Shown here: piece by piece, positions 1 to 12,805 of the stretch
Position numbering within the stretch: position 1 is the stretch's first letter
Layout: the number at the start of each line of letters is the position of its first letter
DNA from: Octopus vulgaris
Lineage: Eukaryota
Assembly: GCA_951406725.2 (NCBI GenBank)
Contig: OX597829.1
Span: forward strand, 40,424,001-40,488,000
Reading direction: 5' to 3'
Length of the DNA: 64,000 bases
The notes under the pieces: model-generated
Told to the model about the DNA's origin: nothing
Database searches by the model: none
Seen by the model: only the letters and a program-made list of their open reading frames with translations
Position numbers and translations under genes: made by a program

Positions 1-175
1 TGTTGCCATTTGGTGAAAGTAATGAGAGACCGACTGACTGCTATTTCTTGCAGGTCGACAATGACTTTGATCGTTGGTCTGCTCACTTGAACAGCAACAA
101 CAAAACTATTAGAAGTTTCAGACAGTTGAATATCAAACAAATATGTAACCAATAATTATTTGTTGTTATTGTTTT

Positions 176-830
<655 letters not shown>

Positions 831-1130
831 CAAATATATGTCTATGTGTGTGTGTGAAAAACTGGTATGAAAAGTTAGAAATGAAACTGGAACGAAAGTT
901 ATTATTTGGAAGGATCTATGAATTGAATAGACTCATTGGAACGAGACTTTTTAAAAAAAAAAAACAAACAAAAAAAAACAAAATGTAACTGAAAAAAAAT
1001 CAAATAACGTTCTTGATATGAACAATTTGGCAGTTATGCGATCAGATTGAACGGAAGTCATGTCAAAAAATATGAAGTCTGCATAGACAGAAATGGAAAG
1101 TGAATTATTTTAATTGAGACTAAGATAGGT

Positions 1131-1172
<42 letters not shown>

Positions 1173-1382
1173 ACATGTGTCTGTGTATTTGTTCATTTGT
1201 TATGTTTTTTTTGTTTTTTTTTCATGCTTGCAAGGGCTAGCTAGACAGGGAGGTTACTGGAAGCAAGATTTAACAACTTGTTGCTCTTCCTGTCACCCAC
1301 ATGATATCAAGACTAGGAAACGCGCATACACATCGTACACATACATGTGTGTGAGTGTGTGTATACATATATATATATATAC

Positions 1383-1525
1383 ATGGCTGTGTATTGAAAA
1401 GTCTGCTTCCTAACCATGTGGTTTGGGGTTCGCTTCCATTGTGTGGCACCTTGGGCCATGTGCCTTCTACGGCTGCAGGTGGACTAAAGTGGATTTGGTA
1501 GACACAAAGTGAAGACACTTTGTAT
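1383..1525 (+). mobile_element. SINE family A, degenerate 5' part
   Basis: atggctgtgt...ggcaccttggg...gtggatttggtagac matches the copy at 1985. Confidence 0.75.
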
Positions 1526-1600
1526 AAAATCTGTTGAATCATCATGTTTCCATGGCATGAAACTATTAATGGCTCTTATTTAAATACTGTGTATATTAAA

Positions 1601-1649
<49 letters not shown>

Positions 1650-1984
1650 CATACATACATACACACATGTATGTGTGTCTTGTGATCACGAGACCAACCA
1701 GATTATCAGAAGCTGTTACACATTGCTGGTCACAATGCTTTTTTGTATTGTTTTAGCCTTCAAATGTTTCCCCCCACCCAGATCAAAAGAGGGACTGAAG
1801 CAACATGAAATGAAGTGTTTTGCTCAAGAGCACATGCCGCCCAATTAGGGAATTGAACCAATGATATAACAGTTGTATGTCATTGTTATTAATCCAAACA
1901 AGTGGTGGAACAGAAGAAATGAAGCTGAAAATACACAGAGAATAAATTAGAATTAATTAGAATTTAATTATATTTTAAAATATA

Positions 1985-2376
1985 GGAGTGGGAGTGGCCG
2001 TGTGGTAAGTTGCTTGCTTACCATCCACATGGTTCCGGGTCCAGTCCCACTGCGTGACCCCTTGGGCAAGTGCCTTCTACTATAGCCTCGGGCCGACCTA
2101 AGCCTTGTGAGTGGATTTGGTAGACGGAAACTGAAAGAAGCCCGTCGTATATATGTTTGCGTGTCTGTGTTTGTCCCCACCAACATCGCTTGACAACCGA
2201 TGCTGGTGTGTTTACGTCCCCGTAACTTAGCGGTGCAGTAAAAGGAGCCCGATAGAATAAGTACTAGGCTTACAAAGAATAAGTCCTGGGATCGATTTGC
2301 TCGACTAAAGGCGGTGCTCCAGCATGGCCGCAGTCACATGACTGAAACAAGTAAAAGAGTAAAAAGAGCAAAGAGT
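1985..2376 (+). mobile_element. SINE family A, full length (tRNA-derived head, internal TA/TG microsatellite, gtaaaagag tail)
   Basis: A-box-like tggccgtgtggtaag, B-box-like gggtccagtccc, tandem tail; about 25 copies or fragments in the window. Confidence 0.9.
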
Positions 2377-2660
2377 ATAGGAAGACACTTGACTAGTTTC
2401 ACATTAGGTTTTCAAAAGTGTATATATGTGGAGCTTAGTCACTAATTATGTGTTTAGTGTGTACAAATAGATTCCTGACTGCCACTATTAAGTTTAGATC
2501 TTCTCATAGAATATCAACGTCTAGTCTACTTCCAGCATAGCGGATAAGTACCCCCTCCCCTAATACTTATAACATGCCTCACCATCTACTCAACTCTAGA
2601 GTTTAGTTCTCTGTAATGAAATGTACTAAAGTGTTCCCCTAATGGTCCATTGTGATTAAA

Positions 2661-2955
2661 GTGGAGGCACATGGCCTGGTGGTTAGAGCAGCGGACTCGC
2701 GGTCGAGGGATCGTGGGTTTGAATCTCAGACCGGGCGATGCGTATGTTTTTGAGCGAAACACCTAATTCTCCACGCAGCTCCGGCAGAAGGTAATGGCGA
2801 AACTTCTGCTGACTCTTTTGTCACAACTTTCTCTCACTCTTTCCTCCTGCATCTTGCAGCTCATCTGCGACGGACTGGTGTCCCGTCCAGGTGGGGAACC
2901 TATACGCCAAGAAACTGGGAAACCGGCCCTTATGAGTCAGGCATGGCTCAAGAAG
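2661..2955 (+). mobile_element. SINE family B variant (tRNA head, alternative 3' part)
   Basis: gtggaggcacatggcctggtggttagagcagcggactcgcgg...ggtttgaatc head shared with the 33764 copy. Confidence 0.85.
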
Positions 2956-3081
2956 GAACAAAAGAAGATTGTGATTAAACATCCATTTGTACATGAAATC
3001 CAATGCAGAGTTCCCAGACTGCCACAGTGGTGAAACATTTAGGAACTAGTAATATACCATGGTGTCTATCGTAATTTCTGC

Positions 3082-3111
<30 letters not shown>

Positions 3112-3112
<1 letters not shown>

Positions 3113-3466
3113 CCCTCCCCTACTCACCGTGGTGGGGACGCTGGCAACGGGTAGTGTCAGAGCTATGCCATCGGGAACTTCGGTTCCTAGTAGGGCCACC
3201 CAAGGCGGATTGGTCTGACACCGAGTGGTATTAGGGCCACAACCCGGCAGATGGGGCTCTGGTGAAAATCCTCGGAGTGTCTGTTTCGGCAGCCGGCGGC
3301 TCCTAGGTCGTTCTGTCCCTGCGTCTGCGGACAATCTGCGGCAAACAGGATGTCTCTACATGCGGGATTGTTGGGGACCGCTTGTGAAAGCCACACGAAA
3401 CTTCTTCCATGCTAGAAGAAGCTGACTCAACCTGCCCAGGGCGAATGTCGCCACAAGTACAAGTAA
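3112..3466 (+). mobile_element. Non-autonomous RTE-derived element (RTE 5'UTR-like, Bov-A-like)
   Basis: gagctatgcc...gtagggccacccaaggcgga resembles the RTE/BovB 5'UTR motif; caagtacaagtaag tail; microsatellite flanks. Confidence 0.6.
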
Positions 3467-3953
3467 GTGTGTGTGTGTGTGTTTGGCGGGGTTAAGTATG
3501 TTTGTATGTATGTAAGTATGTGTACTACATATCTCTATGTGTGTGCTTGTGTGACCAAGTTCATATTTCCCTTGCATTCACAGAGTTGTAAACAGACTTT
3601 TTTGTCGGTGTCATTGTCATGCAGTCTACTACAAAAGGATTACTGTAATCGTCTGGAAATGTCCTGACATGCAGTGCAGTCTGTTTAAACAAAAATGACT
3701 TGTTAGTTGGTATCATTATTTTCCAGTTCCCCACATAAAACATGTCTGGGCTTGTTAGCTGTTCAACAGACTGGGATGATTATTCCACTTGGGAACAAGT
3801 CAGCTTTGGTGACAGCTGGAGTAATCCAACCATAGAAAAACTCTGCTTCAGTGTAGTTATCTAACCCATGCAAGCATGGAAAAGTAGATGTTAAAGAAAC
3901 ACTCTCCCTGTTTTGTTCTCTCCTTGTTTCTCTCCTTGTTTTTTTCTGTGTCC

Positions 3954-3989
3954 CTTTCTGTAGAAGAGCGTAGGCTCGAAATGTAAAAG
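3954..3989 (+). ncRNA. Minimal type-I hammerhead ribozyme variant (F copy 1)
   Basis: CUUU-CUGUAGA-A-GAGC-GUAG-GCUC-GAAA-U-GUA-AAAG. Confidence 0.6.
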
Positions 3990-4147
3990 ACTTTTTCTGT
4001 TCCTGAGCGTTATACTAATACATCTGTTTGTTTTGTACACCACCTGTCTTCGTCTTTTGTTTTTTTCGTAAACTCTCCCTATATATAATACATTCAACAT
4101 TCGATAACCACTACACATTTTTTTCTCTCCTTGTTTTTTCTGTGTCC

Positions 4148-4183
4148 CTTTCTGTAGAAGAGCATAGGCTCGAAACGTAAAAG
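4148..4183 (+). ncRNA. Minimal type-I hammerhead ribozyme variant (F copy 2)
   Basis: CUUU-CUGUAGA-A-GAGC-AUAG-GCUC-GAAA-C-GUA-AAAG: helix I CUUU/AAAG, helix II GAGC/GCUC, ACGU palindrome. Confidence 0.68.
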
Positions 4184-4327
4184 ACTTTTTCTGTTCCTGA
4201 ATGTTATACTAATACATCTGTTTGTTTTGTACACCACCTGTCTTCGTCTTGTGTTTTTTTCCGTAAACTCTACCTATATATATATATGGGGGTGGTTAAG
4301 AAGTTTGCTTCCCAACCACATAGGTCA

Positions 4328-4779
4328 TTGATGAACTTGTTGATATGACTGGTATGTCCTGGAGCCCCTCCCAATGAATTTTGTGTGAGGAATTGCAAAC
4401 GAAAAATGCTGCAGTAAAATTTGTGCCTCACTTCCTCATGGAAAATCAGAAGCAGTCGTGACTGAATGTGTGTCATGAACTGAAAGAAGAATTGGAAGTT
4501 GATCTGAACTGTTTTTTTCAAAGTTCATCAGCAGTAATAAAACCTGATGGTATGGAATTTGCAGATGTGGATGAGGTGAAGAAAAAAATGACAGAGGTGT
4601 TAGGAGGCATCACTTTGCAAAGAGTTCCAGGACTGCTTTGAATAGTGCAAAACGTGTCTGGACCGGTACATTTCTTTAAATGGAGAACACTTTGAAGGTG
4701 ATAAAAGGGTAAACATATAATACTAAATAGATAAAATGATATGGTAAAATTTAGGTTTCTTTTGGGTACCCCCTTCGTA
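4328..4779 (+). mobile_element. Mariner transposase remnant with internal deletion and right TIR
   Basis: Degraded translation VKFVPH..., FADVDEVKKKMTEVL..., LDRYISLNGEHFEGD (mariner C-terminal GEYFE motif); ends tttgggtacccccttcgTA. Confidence 0.85.
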
Positions 4780-4833
4780 TACGTGTGTGTGTGTGTGTGT
4801 GTGTGTGTATTATGTTAAAATGTGAAGGACACT

Positions 4834-5221
4834 TGGAAGCACTCCGTCGGTTACAACGACGAGGGTTCCGGTTGATCCGAATCAACGGAACAGCCTGCTC
4901 GTGAAATTAACGTGTAAGTGGCTGAGCACTCCACAGACACGTGTACCCTTAACGTAGTTCTCGGGGATATTCAGCGTGACACAGAGAGTGACAAGGCCGG
5001 CCCTTTGAAATACAGGTACAACAGAAACAGGAAGTAAGAGTGAGAGAAAGTTGTGGTGAAAGAATACAGCAGGGATCACCACCATCCCCTGCCGGAGCCT
5101 CGTGGAGCTATTTTAGGTGTTTTTGCTCAATAAACACTCACAACGCCCGGTCTGGGAATCGAAACCGCGATCCTGCGACCGCGAGTCCACTGTCCTAACC
5201 ACTGGGCTATTGCGCCTCCAC
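4834..5221 (-). mobile_element. SINE family B, full length
   Basis: Reverse complement of the tRNA-like head; 11-bp TSD tgaaggacact at 4823 and 5222. Confidence 0.92.
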
Positions 5222-5759
5222 TGAAGGACACTACAAACTGGCTAAACAGAATGACATAAATCAAAAGTTTAAGTAATCCATTATCATAGAATGGAATGCA
5301 TTGATGAAGGAGAATTCTCTATTGATTGGTAATCTGTAAACTCCAGTAGTGACAAGAAATTAAACAGAACTTTCAGTGTGAGGCATAAAACATAATAAAA
5401 ACAGCTGAACTACATTTAGGTAGCTTAATGTATCCTAATACTTTTTAATACTGATAACTGATCATATTTAAGTTACTTTTGCATACCTGTAGTTCTAATG
5501 ACATATACGAATGATTGTAATTTTATACGGTTTGCAATTTAATAACTTTAATTAATTTGCTTCTAACCTTAGGTGGTATCTTTATAGTATTTGCTTCATC
5601 CTCCATGGTTATGGCCTTTACAATTCTCTGTGATCCTTATAAATTCTTTTAACATTTTTGGCCTTTATAATACTCATAAATTCTTTTAACGTTTTCCTAA
5701 TGCTCCCCCATAATTGTAAATTATTATTATCATTATTATTAATGATCTTACCTAACTTA

Positions 5760-6160
5760 CTCTTTTACTTGTTTCAGTCATTTGACTGTGGCCATGCTGT
5801 AACACCACATTTAGTCAAGCAAATCGACCCCAGGACTTATTCTTTGTATGCCTAGTACTTATTCTATCAGTCTTTTTTGCCAAACTGCTAAGTTATATGG
5901 ACGTAAATACACCAGCATCGGTTGTCAAGCAATATTGGGGGGACAAACACAGACACAAACATATGCACAAACACATACATATAAATATATATACATATAA
6001 TTATTATCATTCTTTCAGTTTCCATCTACCAAATCCACTGACAAGGCTTTGGTCAGCCTGAGGCTATAGTAGAAGGCACTTGCCCAAAGTGCCACGAAGT
6101 GGGACTGAACCCTGAACCATGTGGTTGGTAAGCAAGCTACTTACCACACAGCCACTCCTA
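5760..6160 (-). mobile_element. SINE family A
   Basis: Reverse complement of 1985-2376. Confidence 0.9.
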
Positions 6161-6212
6161 ACCTACATAATTTTAATCCATGTGCTTCATTCTCAATAAC
6201 AATGTGATAATA

Positions 6213-6729
6213 TCTATATATATAAAACTGTAGTTGTGTGAGTGTCTGTCTCCTACGATTTAGATTCCTAACTCCTCCCACATTTTGCGGTGCAGTTTAA
6301 CCAAATTCGGGTATCTTATAGTCGTGATTAATATCGAGCCCGTCTGGCTATTAGCGCGCGTCTACGATGAGTCTACGATTTTAAAAATAATTTAACATCA
6401 TTTTTTATTCCATTTTAATGCATAATTTTTCGTGTGTCGATGGCGGCGGAGTTGGCGTCCACGCTGAAACACCTGCACCTGTGTTTGCTTCTCCCCCTTC
6501 TTCCCTCCCTCGTGAAGCTGTGGGGAAGGGAGTGTAAGGAAATCAACGTCGTAAAGCGTTGTCAAGGAGACCAGCGTTCTTTTAGAACAACGACTTCATG
6601 GCTTGAAGACACCAAAACAGAAATGGCTAAGAAAGCCCGAATTGGCATCTATAATGGAAGTAACTCTCTAAAAATGCTTATATAGTTATTTCCCTTGCAA
6701 ACCCGAGCAACGCCGGGCGATACTGCTAG
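6213..6729 (+). mobile_element. Non-autonomous Helitron (long subfamily)
   Basis: 5' TC, 3' CTAG, inserted between A and T, subterminal GC hairpin cccgagcaacgccggg; near-identical copy at 44852. Confidence 0.9.
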
Positions 6730-7908
6730 TTGGCTAATAAAAAAGAAGTTGGAATTCATGGTTTTTTTCAGTTTCTTTTAATGTAACCGTCAATTCACTT
6801 ATTCATTATTAACTTTCACCTTTTGACTCATAACTTCATAACAGCTATATAATTGATCTCTCTAAGTTTCAACATTTAACTAACATAAATTCACATTCTT
6901 TATATCTTTTATGTTGGTATTGGTTATTGCCTAAACTATTTTCATTAGCTTAATATACACAATTGTTTATGCTAATGCTGTCTTCCTGCCAACAGTACAG
7001 TCCACTTTCTCTATTAAGTTTATCCTATTCTATTTCTCTTTAAGTATTTTTAGGTTAAGATTCTTCTTGACATTGTGATTATTGCTATCTCCATATATTA
7101 TCTTTCCTCTCCTTTTTCCCTCCCTCCCTCCCCTCTGAAATTTTACACAGACCTTTGCTATTCTCTGGGGGTTTTTTTTTTTTTTCTTTTTCCTTAAATT
7201 ATTTTCTCTGAATAATAAAGTAACTGGATCTCTCTTAATTAATGTTAATATTCTAATAGTGCTATAATAATTAATCAGTGCACTATAATTAACAAGAATT
7301 AAGTAAATACATAAACAACACTTGAATTTGCTAACCATATCATTCCTAGATGGGTTTATTTCAGTTTTATTTTTAGAAGACATCAATTGGTTTCAAAAAT
7401 GTTTTAATTGGGTCGAATGTCATGCTTTGGCACCTGCTATCTGCTGGCGTATAAGCCTGTTTTGATGTCACCAAGTTTATCAGCATCTTTAGATTAGATA
7501 TGCCTTTTAACTATTCTACTTGATACACTTTTTCTGTTATCCACCCTCTTGATTAACTGGTTCTATAGTCTCACCCACTTTACATTTATTATATATGTGG
7601 GTAATTCTGATTAGAAATTCCACTCGTTTGTGACCTGTTGATGAATCAACATGTCTCTGCTTGCTTGTATATTTGGTGAGCCTGATGAGTTGAGAGTTGC
7701 ATAATGAATTATATAACCTTACGCTTGTTGTACATACTACATAACTGCCTGCACCATGTTTATTTCACCATAAAGACTCTTTTATAATAGCAAGTACCAG
7801 ATAACCCAATTGAGTTTTTTTAAATTTCATATATATATATATATATATATAAATGGAAAAAAAAAGTCAAGATAGAAAATGCTAAAATAATTTTATAAAA
7901 AAACATTT

Positions 7909-7944
7909 CAGTACCGGTTTCAGTCATTGAGACTTTTTCAACTG
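7909..7944 (-). ncRNA. Minimal type-I hammerhead ribozyme with U3-A8 covariation, inside a (TA)n-flanked insert (7852-8075)
   Basis: Minus strand CAG-UUGAAAA-AGUC-UCAAU-GACU-GAAA-CCGG-UA-CUG. Confidence 0.72.
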
Positions 7945-8074
7945 TAACAATTAAATAATTAAATTTAGAAAAATTAAAAGAAAGTTTTTTTAAAAGAATA
8001 TTTGTATAAGTGGCATTTTCCTTGTTTCTGCCTGTCTCTGTCTCTCTTCTTTACTCTTGTGGGTTTGAGGTCGT

Positions 8075-8117
<43 letters not shown>

Positions 8118-8913
8118 CAAAGCTTTGTTCTTTGGTGTCTAGTTATTGACAGGATGTGGAGTAACTGCAAATCTTGATGGCTGCTGGTGTGAAAGAATTC
8201 ATGAAATTCAATAATGCATAACACAGTGAAATGGATCTTGCTTGTGTACTAATTTTAGATTTTTGACAAAAGCCTTGCTGCTGATTTAGTTTTTCTTGGT
8301 TTTGTTGTTGTTGTTGTTGCTGTCATTGTTTTATCCCTTTTTTTTTTTTCCTTTTTATGCCACTCAGAATTTTAAATATGTAGACTATTGCGAAATGTGT
8401 TTCAAGGATAAATGTGAATCTTGTATGCAGTTATCTGTCGTTACTGTTGCTAATTGGGCCTGCTGTGACAGATATAACTCCACCCACATCACACAGACGT
8501 GTGCACACACACACACATGCACACACACACACACACAGCTATGTATGCAGACAGTTGTATATTTGATTTAATTGTATGTACTTGTTGTTGTTCTTAGATT
8601 TGTTCAAGACTGGATGACCTGTGGTTTAACCAAAGATACGGATCACAAGCACTGAAGTCATGTCTACACCTCTTGTTCTTGTTGCTATTGTTTCTTAAGT
8701 TTGCTATATCAAGATCGGTACTGATACAGCAGACCAATCTATGGTGGAAGCATTCCAGCCATGACCGTCCAATCTTATTTTGTTGGGTGGTGCTGTATCT
8801 ACATAGCATATATACATTCCATCTTGCTTTCATGAATAGTGTATTTAGGACTGTGTTATTTGGTGTCTTTCCCTTTTCATTTTTTTTATTAAAGATAGTA
8901 GAATGTTGTTTAA

Positions 8914-9132
8914 CCCTTTAGTATTTAAACCGGCCATATCCGGCTAAAATATTTAATCTGTTTTATTTTCAAACTGACCAGATTCAGGCTCTCACACCTA
9001 CCCTACAATGTTATTCTACATTAAGTAATTACACCATGAAGCTCTTGAAGATATGGGATAATGCATGATTAATTAAAATCAATGGGAATCAATAGGCTTT
9101 ATGTTTGATAGAATAATCTTAACACTAAAGGG
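8914..9132. mobile_element. piggyBac-type MITE
   Basis: TTAA-ccctttagt ... actaaaggg-TTAA; related inverted copy at 38891. Confidence 0.85.
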
Positions 9133-9324
9133 TTAAGGAGAATTTAGCTGCTGTCTTTTGCTGGCTGAATGTCCACATGCTTTACTCATAGATGTACTTT
9201 AGACATGGTAGGTGTTATAGGATTGTGTCAGGAAGATATTGTTTAGAAACCAGGGAAGACGAGGGAATTTTCTCACACAAATCCTCACAAATAGACACAT
9301 GTATTTATTTTATGTTTAGCTTAT

Positions 9325-9730
9325 ATTTGTTTCAGTCATTAGACTTGGCCATACTGGAGCACTACTTTGAATTTCTTTTTTTTTTTTTAAGCCTGGTATT
9401 AATTGTGTTGGTTTCTTTTAGCTAAACTGCTAAGTTACAAGGACATAGAAACACTGGTTCTCAGGTAGTGGTGGTGGAGGACAAACACAGACACAAAAAC
9501 ACACACACACACATGTACATATGATACATATGTATATATATAGACACAAACACACACACACACACACACACATTATGTTTCTTTCAGTTTCCATCTACCA
9601 AATCCACTCACAAAGCTTCGGTTAACCCGAGGCTATAGTGGAAGACACTTGCCCAATATGCCATGCAGTGGGACTGAACCTGGCATCATGTGGTTGGGAA
9701 GCAAGCTTCTTAACACACAGCCATGCCTGT
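9325..9730 (-). mobile_element. SINE family A
   Basis: Homology to 1985-2376. Confidence 0.85.
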
Positions 9731-9954
9731 GCCTATATGCATATATGACAATCTTCAGTGCCTGTCTACCAAATCACTTTTACAAGGCTTTAATCACCAC
9801 CCACAGTGGTGGCACAAAATACTTGCCCAAGTTAGCTCACAGTAGGACTAAAACTTTAGACCATCAAAAGTTTTTCTTTCAGTTTCAGCATATTTAATTG
9901 TAAATGTATGTTAAAATATGTTTACAGGATACCAATAAGTCTCTTGTGAACAAA

Positions 9955-10290
9955 ATCATCATCACCATCATCATCGTTTAACATCCGCTTTTCATGCTAG
10001 CATTGGTTGGACAATTTTGACTGAGGGCTGGCGAACCAGATGGCTGCACCAGGCCCCGATCTTGATCTGGCAGAGTTTCAACAGCTGGATGCCCTTCCTA
10101 ATGCCAACCACTCTGAGAGTGTAGTGGGTGCTTTTTACGCTCGAATCTTTGTACACATGCCACCGGCACAGGTGCCAGTAAGGTGACGTTGGTAACGATC
10201 ACGCTCGAATGGTGCCCTTTTACGTGCCACCAGCACAGAAGCCAGTTGGCTGCTCTAGCAATGATCAGGCTCGGATAGTGCTCTTGGCGC
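9955..10290 (-). mobile_element. SINE-like family D ((GAT)n tail, internal ~60-bp repeats)
   Basis: catcatcgtttaac...ggatgcccttcctaa(c/t)gccaacc; copies at 42378, 47455, 58290, 59114. Confidence 0.85.
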
Positions 10291-10587
10291 CCTATTAAAT
10301 TAATCCTAATATTTGACTCATACAGGTACATTGATTTTGTGGGACCTTTTATTGTAAGGCCTTTTTCAGATTATAAATTTTTTTCCAAGTCAGGGGTGGT
10401 CACCTTGGTCAATACATTCTAAACTAAATGAATATTGAATTTACTTATATACAGGGTACCTTGATGATTATTGAATTTACTTCAATAATTAAATGAAATA
10501 CAGGTATCTTGTACATTGGTATAAATGATACAGGTTTATTAATTAATGTACTGTGTTAATCACTCATCAATACATGGTACCAATAAT

Positions 10588-10798
10588 GCGGTGAGCTGGC
10601 AGAATCGTTAGCATGCCGAGTGAAATGCTTAGTGGTATTTTGTCTGTCTTTATGTTCAGAGTTTAAATTCCGCTGGGGTCAACTTTGCCTTTCACCTTTC
10701 AGGGTCAATAAATTAAGTACCAGTTGCATACTGGGATCAATCCAATTGATTGGCCTCTCCTCAAAAATTTCTGGCCTTGTGCCTAGAGTAGAAAAGAA
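10588..10798 (+). mobile_element. SINE family C variant
   Basis: gcggtgagctggcagaatcgttagc head; Meta/MESC-like core gcctttca..ggggtcaataaattaagtaccag. Confidence 0.8.
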
Positions 10799-11055
10799 TA
10801 CATGGTACCAATAAATTTATCTGGCAGCTGCAGGAATTTGAAGTCCTTGTTCATAAATTAATGAGGATTAAAGGAGGTTCCTGACTATCAATGTTTGGTA
10901 AGTCAATGTATCTTCTGATTAATCCCACTCACACCTGCTTTTCAGGGTAGGGGATAATCAATAACATTTCCCCATGTACTTGACTGGTACTTTATCAGCT
11001 CCAAAAGTACCAGTCAAGTGAAAGGCGAAGTTGACATTGGCAGGATTTGAGTTCT

Positions 11056-11410
11056 GTGTGGTAAAAGAAGTTTGCTTCCTAACCACGTGTTTCTAGGTTT
11101 GGTCCCACTATGTGGCGCCTTTTGAAAGTGTTTACTGTAAGCTTCAAGCTGACCAAAGCTTATTGTGTGGATCTGGTAGGCAGAAACTAAAAGAAGCTGG
11201 TTGTATATTTGTGTATGTGTGTCTATGTCTCACAACCAGTGTCGGAGTGTTTATGTCCTAGTATCTTAGTGGTCCAACATTAGAGACTGACAGAATAAGT
11301 ACCAGACTTTAAAAAATAAGTACTGGGCTAGATTCATTTGATTAAAAATTCTTCAAGACAGTGCTCCAGCACAGCCACAGTCAAACGACTGAAACTAGTA
11401 AAAGATAAGA
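11056..11410 (+). mobile_element. SINE family A, diverged
   Basis: Homology to 1985-2376. Confidence 0.8.
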
Positions 11411-11539
11411 GATAATCTGAAGAAACACTACAGGGCATTTTTCTGATTCTTGAATAATAATAATAATAATAATAATAAAATGGTGGATTCTGCTAAGTTC
11501 CTATTATAATAGGAATAATTAATATTATTACTCAAAAGC

Positions 11540-11945
11540 TATACCTTGCTAATTTGATTAGTGGAGATGTTATCAAGAAAGTTTGGTGACAACAAGTCTC
11601 CTCAGATCTCAAGAATATTTCTTAAAATTCTTGCAGAATACAGGATGCACTTTATTGCAGGTCAACAATGTGAGTTTCAATTCCAATATCCTTCAACCTC
11701 TTCAGTAGAAGTTTGAGTGTTGTGCCAAGTGCACCAATTGCCACGGGGGTAATTGTCATCATGGTCTTCCCAATCTCTTCAGTTCTCTGGCTAAGTCCTG
11801 ATATTTTTCAATTTCTTTGGCATTGATTCTATTATCATAAAGTGTTGAAAAGTCTGTGTTCTTACACTGTATCTTATTTTTTCTATTCACTCTATAATCA
11901 TGTAGTCTTACTTCTGTAATATGATCAGTTTTTATGAAGAAGTCC
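11540..11945 (-). mobile_element. R4/Dong-clade non-LTR retrotransposon 3' remnant (old)
   Basis: Minus strand KEIEKYQDLARELKR..., TPVAIGALGT..., SARILRNILE; near (TAA)n. Confidence 0.75.
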
Positions 11946-11977
11946 CATTATTATTGTTGTTGTTGTTATTGTTATTG

Positions 11978-12311
11978 AGTGAGAGAGCAGTGCATACCAT
12001 CAATGTGACACTGGGGTAAAATATACAACCCCCAGCATACCCATCATGACTACCTGTCTGATAAGGGTACACCAGACACATGCATCACAATGATATGTGC
12101 ACGACATGGTGATCTCATATCAAGATAAACAGCACATGACCTTACAGGTGGGGCCCAGTTAGAATTTTCTTCTGGTCAAGTAGCCCATCCTGCTCAAAAG
12201 GTCCCTGAATAAGGGTTGTTTAAGGTTGTTGAACGAAACACGCATGTTTCCTGAAGTGAATTATTCAAACACCAAAGAATCCCTCTCAACACGTAGCTAT
12301 GATGCTCCCCC
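11978..12311. mobile_element. Unclassified interspersed repeat inserted in (TAT)n
   Basis: Mixed-composition 330-bp block sharply bounded by TAT/TGT triplet repeats. Confidence 0.5.
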
Positions 12312-12366
<55 letters not shown>

Positions 12367-12368
<2 letters not shown>

Positions 12369-12805
12369 TATGTTTGACTTTTGCTTTATATTTGTACGAG
12401 TTGGCTCCAAGTCTCACCCAGAGACCTCAAGAGAGAACAGGTTGGAAGTTCGTGTTGTTGTTATGCTAAGTGTGCCATATATTTGGTTTTGTATTTAGTG
12501 TTGTACTAGTGAATGCCTAAAAAAAAAAGAAGAAAAAAAAACGAAAATTATGTTTGTTTTAAAACTTGAGATTACATAGAAAGTATTTTGCGTAGGATTT
12601 GAACAGTTCCCATGAGCACTATCTTTTGAATTTCTGCCATTTTTGGGTTTCCTGGTATCTGAGTTAGGTAGTAACCAGCCCCTTTTGCTATCATTCCCAG
12701 GGCACCTATGACAACAGGTATTGTTTTAGTCTTCAGGTTCCACATTTTGCTGATTTCTATTTCAAGATCTTTATATTCGCTCAGTTTTTTGTAGGTCTTG
12801 ACAGA
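12367..12805 (-). mobile_element. 5'-truncated R4/Dong-clade LINE (RLE-domain C-terminus plus 3'UTR)
   Basis: ORF 12572-12805 KKLSEYKDLEIEISKMWNLKTKTIPVVIGALG...LQKIVLMGT-like...ILRKIL; (TAA)n on both sides, the known Dong target. Confidence 0.88.

Larger units (their letters stand above)
3915..4272 (+). mobile_element. Tandem dimer of a 194-bp hammerhead-bearing element (family F; retrozyme/PLE pLTR-like)
   Basis: Two near-identical units offset by 194 bp, each ending in (TA)n; further copies at 39370 and 50657, degenerate ones at 44580 and 53640. Confidence 0.8.

Noticed and set aside
54-155. Possible exon after ttcttgcag ([14 protein letters not shown]...)
   Set aside because: No recognisable protein, no clear donor site, no partner exons
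10320-10580. Recurring atacaggta-like motif
   Set aside because: Irregular spacing and short; likely a decayed minisatellite, insufficient to call
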